From: Natronosporangium sp.
GTDB taxonomy: Bacteria; Actinomycetota; Actinomycetes; Mycobacteriales; Micromonosporaceae
Assembly (NCBI GenBank): GCA_035306365.1
Contig: DATGOE010000206.1
Span: forward strand, 5,461 to 69,460
Length of the DNA: 64,000 bases
Direction of reading: 5' to 3'
The first letter of the stretch is position 1; every line of letters begins with the position of its first letter. The notes under the pieces were generated by a model that saw only the letters and a program-made list of their open reading frames with translations, did not search any database and was not told where the DNA came from. Below are positions 56,459 through 64,000 of this stretch, piece after piece. A program made the position numbers and the translations under genes.

Positions 56459-56965
56459 ATGGTGACGATCCAGGACGGTTGGCAGGGACGGTTCTTCGAG
56501 GATTTCGCGGTGGGGGACGTCTACCGCTGCCGGTACGGCCGTACCGTCACCGAGGCGGACAACATCCAGTTCACACTGCTGACCAACAACACCAACCAGA
56601 TCCACTTCAACCGCGACTACGGCGAACGGACCGAGTGGGGGCGGTGCCTGGTCAACAGCGCGCTGACGCTGTCCATTGTGGCCGGCATGAGCGTCCCGGA
56701 CGTGAGCGAGAACGGGTTCGCGCTCGGCTGGGAACGCATCGAGCTTCCCAACCCGGTCTTCCCCGGCGACACCCTCTACTCGGAAAGCGAGGTGCTGGAG
56801 AAGCGCGAGTCGCGGTCTCGCCCCACGCAGGGCATCATCAGGATCGAGACGCGCGGGTACAAGCAGGACGGGCAACTGGTCATCAGGTATGTCCGCTCCG
56901 TCATGGTCTGGAAGCGCGCCTTCGCGCCGAGCCGCGACATCTTCCCCGTCGGGAGACCGGGATGA
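56459..56965 (+). CDS. MaoC-family (R)-enoyl-CoA hydratase (RipB/Ich-like)
   Basis: GRFFEDF, GRTVTEADNxxFTLLT, IHFN, PVFPGDTL, RESRSRP. Confidence 0.9.
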   Translation: MVTIQDGWQGRFFEDFAVGDVYRCRYGRTVTEADNIQFTLLTNNTNQIHFNRDYGERTEWGRCLVNSALTLSIVAGMSVPDVSENGFALGWERIELPNPVFPGDTLYSESEVLEKRESRSRPTQGIIRIETRGYKQDGQLVIRYVRSVMVWKRAFAPSRDIFPVGRPG

Positions 56966-58149
56966 CGACCGCCGGAGACGACGGCCCGTTGGCGGGCGTG
57001 TCGGTGGTCGCCGTCGAGCAGGCGATCTCCATGCCGTTCTGCACCTTCATCCTGGCCGAGCTCGGCGCGGACGTCATCAAGATCGAGAGACCGGGAGCCG
57101 GCGACGTCGTACGCGGCTGGGACGACGTGGTGCGCGGGCTGTCCAGCGGCTACGTCTGGGTCAACGCCAACAAGCGCGCCCTGACCGTGGACCTGCGGCA
57201 GGAGAGCGGCCAACGGATCGTCCAGCGGCTCGCCGCGCAGGCCGACGTCTTCGTGGAGAACTTCGCACCGGGTGTCGGCGACCGCCTCGGCATCGGTGCC
57301 GGCACGCTCAGACGCCACAACCCGCGCCTCATCTACTGCAGCCTGTCGGGGTACGGTCAGGACGGGCCGTTCCGGGACGTCAAGGCGTACGACCTGCTCG
57401 TGCAGGGCGAGTCGGGCATCCTGCTGACCAACGGCTACCCGGAGGCGCCCGCCAAGGTGGGTCTGCCGATCACGGACCTCATCGCCGGTGCCACGGCCGC
57501 GATCGGCATCCTGGCCGCGCTCGTCGAGCGGGCACGCACCGGCCGTGGGACCTATCTCGACGTCGCCATGCTCGACTCCACGGCCCCGTGGCTGGGGTAC
57601 TTCCCCCACCGGTACTGGCACCGGGGTGAGGAACCGCCCCGGACCGGCATGCGGCACCAGTACATCTGCCCGTACGGACCGTACCGGTGCGCCGACGGGG
57701 CCTACGTCAACCTGGTGGTCGCCAGTGATGCCCACTGGCGCGCCTTCTGCGAGCGCGTCGTCGAGCAGCCGGCCTGGCTGGACGACCCGCGGTTCGCGAC
57801 GATGGAGTCCAGGCGCCGCCACCGTGACCTGGTCGAGGCCGCGGTCGAGGAGGTGATCGCGAGCCGGCCCTCCGGCGAGTGGCTGAGCCGGCTCGACCGG
57901 GCGGGACTGCCCTACGGGCGTGTGCGCACGATGGCGAGCGTGGTCGAGCATCCGCAGCTACGCCACCGTCACGCGTTCGTGCAGGCGGACTCACCCGTAG
58001 GTCCGGTGCCCGTCGCCAGGTTCCCGTTGAGCTCGCCCCACCGGCGACGGCAGGTGCCCGGCCTGGGCCAACACACCGACCAGATCCTGTCGGAGCTCGG
58101 GTTCAGTGCCGAGGAGATCGAACGGCTGCGAGAGCGTAGGGTCGTCTGA
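56962..58149 (+). CDS. CaiB/BaiF (class III) CoA-transferase
   Basis: LAELGADVIKIERPG, NANKR, DVFVENF, SGYGQDGP, AYDLLVQGESG, PGLGQHT. Confidence 0.95.
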   Translation: MTTAGDDGPLAGVSVVAVEQAISMPFCTFILAELGADVIKIERPGAGDVVRGWDDVVRGLSSGYVWVNANKRALTVDLRQESGQRIVQRLAAQADVFVENFAPGVGDRLGIGAGTLRRHNPRLIYCSLSGYGQDGPFRDVKAYDLLVQGESGILLTNGYPEAPAKVGLPITDLIAGATAAIGILAALVERARTGRGTYLDVAMLDSTAPWLGYFPHRYWHRGEEPPRTGMRHQYICPYGPYRCADGAYVNLVVASDAHWRAFCERVVEQPAWLDDPRFATMESRRRHRDLVEAAVEEVIASRPSGEWLSRLDRAGLPYGRVRTMASVVEHPQLRHRHAFVQADSPVGPVPVARFPLSSPHRRRQVPGLGQHTDQILSELGFSAEEIERLRERRVV

Positions 58150-58299
58150 CCCGGCAGCGGCGGCCGGAGCCGCGGACCGTCCCGCCCGTCGCCGCCGCGC
58201 CGACCCACCGCTCGACGCGGTGGCCGTCCGGTCGACGCGGCGGTGCTCCCACGGCCCCGTCGGCCCGGTTGGGAGACCGGCGGTTCGTAGACTGGCGCG

Positions 58300-58983
58300 G
58301 TGAACCCACCGGTGATCGCGCCCAGCATCCTCGCCGCCGACTTCGCCCGGCTGGCCGACGAGGCGAAGGCCGTGGAGGGTGTGGCCGACTGGCTGCACGT
58401 GGACGTCATGGACAACCACTTCGTCCCGAACCTCACCATCGGCCTGCCCGTGGTCCGCAGCCTGCGCCGGGCCACCACCCTGCCGCTGGACTGCCATCTC
58501 ATGATCACCGACCCGGAGCGGTGGGCGGTCGGCTACGCCGAGGCGGGGGCGTACAGCGTCTCCTTCCACGCCGAGGCCTGCGACGACCCGGTGGCGCTCG
58601 CGCGCGACCTGCGGGCGGCCGGAGCACAGGCCGGCCTGGCGATCGACCGGGACACCCCCGTCGAGCCGTACCTGGAGCTCCTGCCGCAATTCGACCTCCT
58701 GCTGATCATGACGGTCAAGGCCGGCTTCGGCGGGCAGCGCTTCCTCGCGGACATGCTGCAGAAGGTCCGCGTCGCCCGACGGCACCGGGCCTCGGGACAC
58801 CTGCGGCTGCGCCTGCAGGTCGACGGTGGGATCGGTGAGGACACCATCGAGGCGGCCGCGCGGGCCGGCGCCGACGCCTTCGTCGCGGGCACCGCGGTCT
58901 TCGGCACCGACGACCCGGCCGCGGCCGTGCGGCGCCTGCGGGAGCTCGCCACCGCCGCCACCGCCGCCTCGGCCTCCACGTAG
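58300..58983 (+). CDS. rpe: Ribulose-phosphate 3-epimerase
   Basis: [40 protein letters not shown]. Confidence 0.98.
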   Translation: MNPPVIAPSILAADFARLADEAKAVEGVADWLHVDVMDNHFVPNLTIGLPVVRSLRRATTLPLDCHLMITDPERWAVGYAEAGAYSVSFHAEACDDPVALARDLRAAGAQAGLAIDRDTPVEPYLELLPQFDLLLIMTVKAGFGGQRFLADMLQKVRVARRHRASGHLRLRLQVDGGIGEDTIEAAARAGADAFVAGTAVFGTDDPAAAVRRLRELATAATAASAST

Positions 58984-59009
58984 GGTTGCCGGCTGGTTAC
59001 GATGACGCG

Positions 59010-60008
59010 GTGACCGCGCCCCCGGCAGCACCGACGCCGCGTACCCCGCAGGCGGTGCCGACCCCGGCGACGCGAGCCGCCGAGCTGGTCGCCGTGGTCG
59101 ACGACGACGTCGAGCTGGCCCGGTTCGTGGAGCGGAACCTCCGCTGCCACGGTCTGGAGGTCCTCCTCGTCCACGAGGCGTCGGGGGCGGTCGAACAGGT
59201 GTCGCGCGCCAAGCCGGACCTCGTGCTCGTCAGCGCCGGGCTGTCCGGCGGCGACGGGCTGGAGCTGACCCGCCAGCTGCGGGCCGACCCCGTGACCGCC
59301 GCGCTGCCGGTCATCGTGCTCACCGCCGCCGACCTGTCCGCCGCCCGGCTCGCGGCGCTGGCCGCGGGCGCGGACGACTGCGTGCCCAAGCCGTTCGACG
59401 CCGGGGAGCTGGTGGCCAGGGTGCTGGCCACCCTGCGCCGCAACCGGGAGTACCGGGAGGTGTCCCCGCTGACCGGCCTGCCCGGCAACACCCGGATCCT
59501 GCGCGAGATCGCCGACCGGGTCCGCGGCGGCGAGGAGTACGCCGTCTGCGTGTTCGACATCGACCGGTTCAAGAGCGTCAACGACGCGTACGGGTTCGAG
59601 CGGGGCGACGCGTTCATCACCATGCTCGCCAACTGCCTGCAGCGCTCCATCGGCAAGGCCGGCGGGCCGAAGGCGTTCCTGGGCCACATCGGCGGCGACG
59701 ACTTCGTGCTGGTGTGCGCGCCCGGACAGGTGCGCGCCATCACCCAGCAGGCGGTGGAGGAGTTCGAGCAGCGCACCGAGGCGCTGTACGACCCGGTCGA
59801 CGCCGAGCGCGGATACCTGGAGCTGGTCGACCGGCGCGGCAACGTCCAGCGCCCCAACCTGGTGACCATCTCGGTGGGAGTGGCCCTGTCCACCCGGCGC
59901 AGGTACACCGACCCGCGGGAGGTCGTCGCCGTGGCCAACGAGATGAAGCAGGTCGCCAAGCGCCAGCCCGGGTCGTTCGTCGCGTACGACCGGCGCCGCT
60001 CCCCGTGA
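59010..60008 (+). CDS. Receiver-like domain + GGDEF-family (GGDDF) protein
   Basis: VVDDD...PDLVLVS...KPF; LTGLPGN, DIDRFKSVNDAYG, GHIGGDDF. Confidence 0.9.
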   Translation: MTAPPAAPTPRTPQAVPTPATRAAELVAVVDDDVELARFVERNLRCHGLEVLLVHEASGAVEQVSRAKPDLVLVSAGLSGGDGLELTRQLRADPVTAALPVIVLTAADLSAARLAALAAGADDCVPKPFDAGELVARVLATLRRNREYREVSPLTGLPGNTRILREIADRVRGGEEYAVCVFDIDRFKSVNDAYGFERGDAFITMLANCLQRSIGKAGGPKAFLGHIGGDDFVLVCAPGQVRAITQQAVEEFEQRTEALYDPVDAERGYLELVDRRGNVQRPNLVTISVGVALSTRRRYTDPREVVAVANEMKQVAKRQPGSFVAYDRRRSP

Positions 60009-60038
60009 CGCCGCCCCGACCTCCCCGTGACGCCGCCC
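59999..60038 (+). repeat. 18-bp exact direct repeat spanning the GGDEF stop codon
   Basis: CTCCCCGTGACGCCGCCC at 59999 and 60021. Confidence 0.8.
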
Positions 60039-60221
60039 GCCTGACCGTTGCGGTCGCGCCCGCGCGAGCGTTCCGGTCGCGGTGGGCCGACCCGTCCGGT
60101 CGCGGTCGGCGGCCGCGGCGGTACCGGCGGCACGGCACGCGCGGGCGGGCCGGTCTGTGATGTTGGCCCCACGGCTGCCGCGGCGCCGCGGCGGCGTGGA
60201 AGACTGTGAGCGGACCCACCA

Positions 60222-60403
60222 TGCGCTGGCGGGACTCGGTGAGATTCCGAACCGGCGGTGACCCCGTCCCACGACGGGCAGCCCGCGACCCGGTGGCCTC
60301 CAGTCACCGGTGGACCTGGTGAGATTCCAGGGCCGACGGTTGGCCGTGGCGGCGGGCACCACGCCCGCCTCGCGACCAGACAGTCCGGATGGGAGACGGC
60401 GCA
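60222..60403 (+). ncRNA. FMN riboswitch (RFN element)
   Basis: GGTGAGATTCCGAACCGGCGGT...AGCCCGCGA...CTGGTGAGATTCCAGGGCCGACGGT...AGTCCGGATGGGAG; P1 TGCGC/GCGCA; upstream of ribD. Confidence 0.95.
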
Positions 60404-60494
60404 GGTGGCGGCACCGACGGTGCCGCCGTGGGGGCGGTCGCCGCACCCTGCCCGTTGCCCGCCGAGCCGACGGCGCTCGCGAGAAGGGGAGGGG

Positions 60495-61556
60495 ATGGCG
60501 ACACAGGCCGAGCTGGCCGCGATGGGCCGCGCCGTCGAGCTGGCGGCCCGGGGACTGGGCACCACCAGCCCCAACCCGGTGGTCGGCTGTGTGATCCTCG
60601 ACGCCGACGGCGCGGTCGTCGGGGAGGGCTTCCACGCGTACGCGGGCGGCCCGCACGCGGAGATCGTGGCGCTGGCCCAGGCCGGCGAGCGGGCGCGCGG
60701 CGGCACCGTGGTGGTGACCCTCGAACCGTGCGACCACCACGGCGTGACCGGCCCCTGCACCGAGGCGCTCATCCGCGCCGGGGTGAAACGGGTGGTGATC
60801 GGCGTCAAGGACCCGCACCCGCGGGCGGCCGGCGGTGAGCAGCGACTGCGGGCGGCCGGGATCGACGTCGAGGTGGGGGTCCGCCAGGCCGAGGTGGAGG
60901 CCGGCAACATCTTCTGGCTGACCGCGGTCCGCCGCGGCCGCCCGTACGTGATCTGGAAGTACGCCGCCACCCTCGACGGGCGCTCGGCCGCCGCCGACGG
61001 CAGCAGCATGTGGATCACCTCCGAGGCGGCGCGCATGGACGTGCACGCCCACCGCTGCACCGTCGACGCGGTGATCGTCGGCGTGGGCACCGTGCTGGCC
61101 GACGACCCGCAGCTGACCGCCCGCAACCTGCGCGACGGCAGCCTCGCCATCAAGCAGCCGTTGCGCGTGGTCGTCGACTCCGCCGGCCGGACACCCCCGG
61201 ACGCCCGGGTGCGCGACGGGTCGGCACCCACCTGGATCGCCACCGCCGCCGAGTTCGGTGGCGGTCCCGACGACCAGGTCGACCTCAACGCCCTGCTCAA
61301 GCGGCTGTACGAGCGCGACGTGCGGGCGGCGCTGCTGGAGGGCGGGCCGCGGTTGGCCGGGGCCTTCCTCTCCGCCGGTCTGGTCGACCGGGTGGTGGGT
61401 TACCTGGCGCCGAAGATGCTCGGCGCCGGACCGAACGCGCTGGTCGACACCGGCATCACCACCATCTCAGAGGCGATCGAGCTGGAGCTCATCGACGTCA
61501 CCCGGATCGGGCCCGACCTGCGGTTCACCGCGTTGCCCCGCAAGGTGGAGGGCTGA
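60495..61556 (+). CDS. ribD: Riboflavin biosynthesis deaminase/reductase
   Basis: PNPVVGC, HAE, TLEPC..HG.TGPC, LDGR, WIT, LLEGG. Confidence 0.98.
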   Translation: MATQAELAAMGRAVELAARGLGTTSPNPVVGCVILDADGAVVGEGFHAYAGGPHAEIVALAQAGERARGGTVVVTLEPCDHHGVTGPCTEALIRAGVKRVVIGVKDPHPRAAGGEQRLRAAGIDVEVGVRQAEVEAGNIFWLTAVRRGRPYVIWKYAATLDGRSAAADGSSMWITSEAARMDVHAHRCTVDAVIVGVGTVLADDPQLTARNLRDGSLAIKQPLRVVVDSAGRTPPDARVRDGSAPTWIATAAEFGGGPDDQVDLNALLKRLYERDVRAALLEGGPRLAGAFLSAGLVDRVVGYLAPKMLGAGPNALVDTGITTISEAIELELIDVTRIGPDLRFTALPRKVEG

Positions 61557-61559
61557 GCC

Positions 61560-62183
61560 GTGTTCACCGGCATCGTGGAGGAGCTGGGCGTCGTCGAGGC
61601 CGTGCGCCCCGGTGACGAGGGCGCCGAGGTGACGATCCGGGGACCGCGGGTGACCTCCGACACCCGGCCCGGCGACTCGATCGCCGTCAACGGCGTCTGC
61701 CTGACCGCCGTGGCCGTCGACGGCGACACGTTCACCGCCGACGTCATGCGGGAGACGCTGCGGCGCAGCACCCTCGGCCGGCTCCGCCCCGGGGAGGCGG
61801 TCAACCTGGAGCGGGCGCTGACCCTGTCCCGCCGCCTCGGCGGCCACCTGGTGCAGGGCCACGTGGACGGCGTCGGCACCGTGCGGCAGCGGCGGCCCGG
61901 TCCCTCCTTCGAGGACCTGCGGGTGGAGCTGCCCGCGGGCCTGCAACGGTACGTCGTGGAGAAGGGGTCGGTCACCGTCGACGGGGTGTCCCTGACCGTG
62001 GTGGCGGTGGCCGACGGCTGGTTCGAGGTGAGCCTCATCCCGACCACGCTGGCCGCCACCACGCTGGGCCGGCGGCGGGTCGGCGACCCGGTCAACCTGG
62101 AGGTGGACGTGCTGGCCAAGTACGTGGAGCGGCTGCTGGCCGGGTCGGCCGAGCGGCGGACCGGACAGGAGGCCGGGCGATGA
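61560..62183 (+). CDS. ribE: Riboflavin synthase (alpha chain)
   Basis: [36 protein letters not shown]. Confidence 0.98.
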   Translation: MFTGIVEELGVVEAVRPGDEGAEVTIRGPRVTSDTRPGDSIAVNGVCLTAVAVDGDTFTADVMRETLRRSTLGRLRPGEAVNLERALTLSRRLGGHLVQGHVDGVGTVRQRRPGPSFEDLRVELPAGLQRYVVEKGSVTVDGVSLTVVAVADGWFEVSLIPTTLAATTLGRRRVGDPVNLEVDVLAKYVERLLAGSAERRTGQEAGR

Positions 62184-63580
62184 GCTTCGCCCCGATCGAA
62201 CGCGCCCTCGAGGACATCGCCGCCGGCCGCGCCGTGGTCGTCGTCGACGACGAGGACCGGGAGAACGAGGGCGACCTCATCTTCGCCGCCCAGCACGCCA
62301 CCACCGAGCTGCTCGACTTCACCATCCGGCACACGTCCGGGTACGTCTGCGCCCCCCTGACCGCGGCCGACTGCGACCGGCTCGACCTGCCGCCGATGTA
62401 CCACACCAACCAGGACCCGCGCGGCACCGCGTACACGGTCACGGTGGACGCCCGGCACGGCGTCACCACCGGCATCTCCGCCGCCGACCGGGCGCGCACG
62501 ATCCGCCTGCTGGCCGACCCGGCCGCGACCCCCGCCGACTTCACACGGCCGGGCCACGTGGTGCCGCTGCGGGCCCGCGACGGTGGGGTGCTGCGCCGCC
62601 CCGGGCACACCGAGGCCGCCGTGGACCTGGCCCGGCTGGCCGGCCTGCGGCCGGCCGGCGTGCTGTGCGAGGTGGTGTCCAGGTGGCACGTCGGCCAGAT
62701 GGCCCGCCGCGACGAGCTGGCGGAGTTCGCCGCCGCCCACGGGCTGGCCCTCATCACCATCGCCGACCTGATCGCGTACCGGCGCCGCCACGAGAGGCAG
62801 GTGGAGCGGGTCGCCGAGGCGCGGATCCCCACCGAGCTCGGGGAGTTCCGGGCGATCGGCTACCGGTCGACGGTCGTACCCGGTGAGCACCTGGCGCTGG
62901 TGTACGGGCAGATCGGCGACGGTCGGGACGTGCTGGTGCGGGTGCACTCGGAGTGCCTGACCGGGGACGTGTTCGGGTCGCTGCGGTGTGACTGCGGGCC
63001 GCAGCTGCGCGCCGCCCTGCAGCGGGTGGCCGCCGAGGGCCGCGGCGTGGTGCTGTACGTGCGCGGCCACGAGGGGCGGGGCATCGGCCTGATGCACAAG
63101 CTGCAGGCCTACCAGCTGCAGGACCGCGGCCGGGACACCGTGGACGCCAACCTGGAGCTGGGCCTGCCGGCGGACGCCCGCGACTACGGCATCGGCGCGC
63201 AGATCCTGTTCGACCTGGGCGTGCGCACGATGCGACTGTTGACCAACAACCCGGCCAAGCGGGCGGGGCTGGAGGGGTACGGGCTGCGGATCGTCGGGCG
63301 GGAGCCGCTGCCGGTGCGCCCGCACCCGGAGAACGTGCGGTACCTGCGGACCAAGCGGGACCGGATGGGCCACCTCCTGGAGGGCCTGGACGCGGTGGAC
63401 GACCCGACCGGCGTCGGCCGCCTCGGCGGCGCGGAGCCCCTGGACCGCGCGCAGCGCCCCGGCCTCGACGGGGCGGACCGTCTCGGCGGTATCGGTGGCG
63501 TGGCCGCCCCCGTGGAGGAGCGGGCCGGCGTGGCCGGTGACCGGGACGGGACGGCCAGCGCGTCGGAGCTGCCGGCGTGA
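62180..63580 (+). CDS. ribBA: Bifunctional DHBP synthase / GTP cyclohydrolase II
   Basis: [46 protein letters not shown]; C-terminal low-complexity tail. Confidence 0.98.
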   Translation: MSFAPIERALEDIAAGRAVVVVDDEDRENEGDLIFAAQHATTELLDFTIRHTSGYVCAPLTAADCDRLDLPPMYHTNQDPRGTAYTVTVDARHGVTTGISAADRARTIRLLADPAATPADFTRPGHVVPLRARDGGVLRRPGHTEAAVDLARLAGLRPAGVLCEVVSRWHVGQMARRDELAEFAAAHGLALITIADLIAYRRRHERQVERVAEARIPTELGEFRAIGYRSTVVPGEHLALVYGQIGDGRDVLVRVHSECLTGDVFGSLRCDCGPQLRAALQRVAAEGRGVVLYVRGHEGRGIGLMHKLQAYQLQDRGRDTVDANLELGLPADARDYGIGAQILFDLGVRTMRLLTNNPAKRAGLEGYGLRIVGREPLPVRPHPENVRYLRTKRDRMGHLLEGLDAVDDPTGVGRLGGAEPLDRAQRPGLDGADRLGGIGGVAAPVEERAGVAGDRDGTASASELPA

Positions 63581-64000
63581 GCGGCGGGGGCCGGCCCCGG
63601 TCGCCGGTGGTCGACGCCACCGGGCTGGTGCTGGGCGTGGTGGCCACGCGCTGGCACGCCGAGCTGGTCGACCACATGCACGAACGGGCCCAGGCCGCCG
63701 CCCGCCAGTGCCGGGTCGCCGGTACGGTGACCGCCCGGGTGGCCGGGGCCGTGGAGCTGCCCGTGGTGGCGCAGGCGCTGGCGCGCCGGTGCGATGCCGT
63801 GGTGGCCCTGGGCGTGGTGGTCCGCGGCGAGACGGCGCACTTCGACTACGTCTGCCGGTCGGTGACCGACGGGCTGACCCGGGTGGCCCTGGACGAGTCC
63901 ACGCCGGTGGCCCACGGTGTGCTGACCGTGGAGACGCTCGCGCAGGCCCGCGCCCGGGCCGGCCTGCCCGACTCGGTGGAGGACAAGGGGTGGGACGCGA
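63577..64000 (+). CDS. ribH: 6,7-dimethyl-8-ribityllumazine synthase (runs off window end)
   Basis: GTGA overlap; [37 protein letters not shown]. Confidence 0.95.
   Translation, partial: MSGGGRPRSPVVDATGLVLGVVATRWHAELVDHMHERAQAAARQCRVAGTVTARVAGAVELPVVAQALARRCDAVVALGVVVRGETAHFDYVCRSVTDGLTRVALDESTPVAHGVLTVETLAQARARAGLPDSVEDKGWDA

Noticed and set aside
45890-58165. Island as a mobile element with att sites or target-site duplication
   Set aside because: No integrase, transposase or tRNA; the only flank similarity is a short CTGACC(C)GGC at stop codons, which is not significant in GC-rich DNA
59500-59720. Possible Hypr-type (cGAMP-forming) GGDEF enzyme
   Set aside because: The specificity position retains Asp (NDAYGFERGD), not the Ser/Thr of Hypr enzymes

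Overview
High-GC actinobacterial chromosome segment. Gene content and order (bldD, mihF, DUF948/alaS/ruvX/mltG block) suggest a filamentous actinomycete, probably Micromonosporaceae (inference). The backbone is housekeeping: rarA(3' end)-alaS-ruvX-mltG-aroE/C/K/B/Q-efp-nusB, bldD, pyrR/B/C-carA/B...pyrD...pyrF, mihF-gmk-rpoZ-coaBC-metK-priA-def-fmt-rsmB, rpe, and an FMN riboswitch with ribD/E/BA/H. Accessory blocks interrupt it: a deaminase remnant, a WYL regulator inside the aro operon, an ArsR/SRPBCC/5'-nucleotidase trio, a DinB/DsrE/add/AhpD-like/LuxR-STAND block sharing a palindromic box, and a ~12 kb IclR-controlled catabolic island (ABC importer, amidohydrolase, LLM reductase, CoA-transferases, acyl-CoA dehydrogenase, CitE lyase, MaoC hydratase). 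Three observations stand out. (1) The gmk-position gene looks catalytically dead (P-loop Lys lost, LID shortened) and carries the Ser-to-Pro hinge substitution typical of animal MAGUK protein-binding GK domains. (2) An archaeal-type cytidylate-kinase-like enzyme is fused to a ParB/Sulfiredoxin-like domain inside the pyr region. (3) The IclR island has a readable operator/promoter architecture and an itaconate/C5-dicarboxylate-like lower pathway. No rRNA, tRNA, CRISPR array, integrase or transposase was seen. All calls come from motif recognition by eye; no searches were run.
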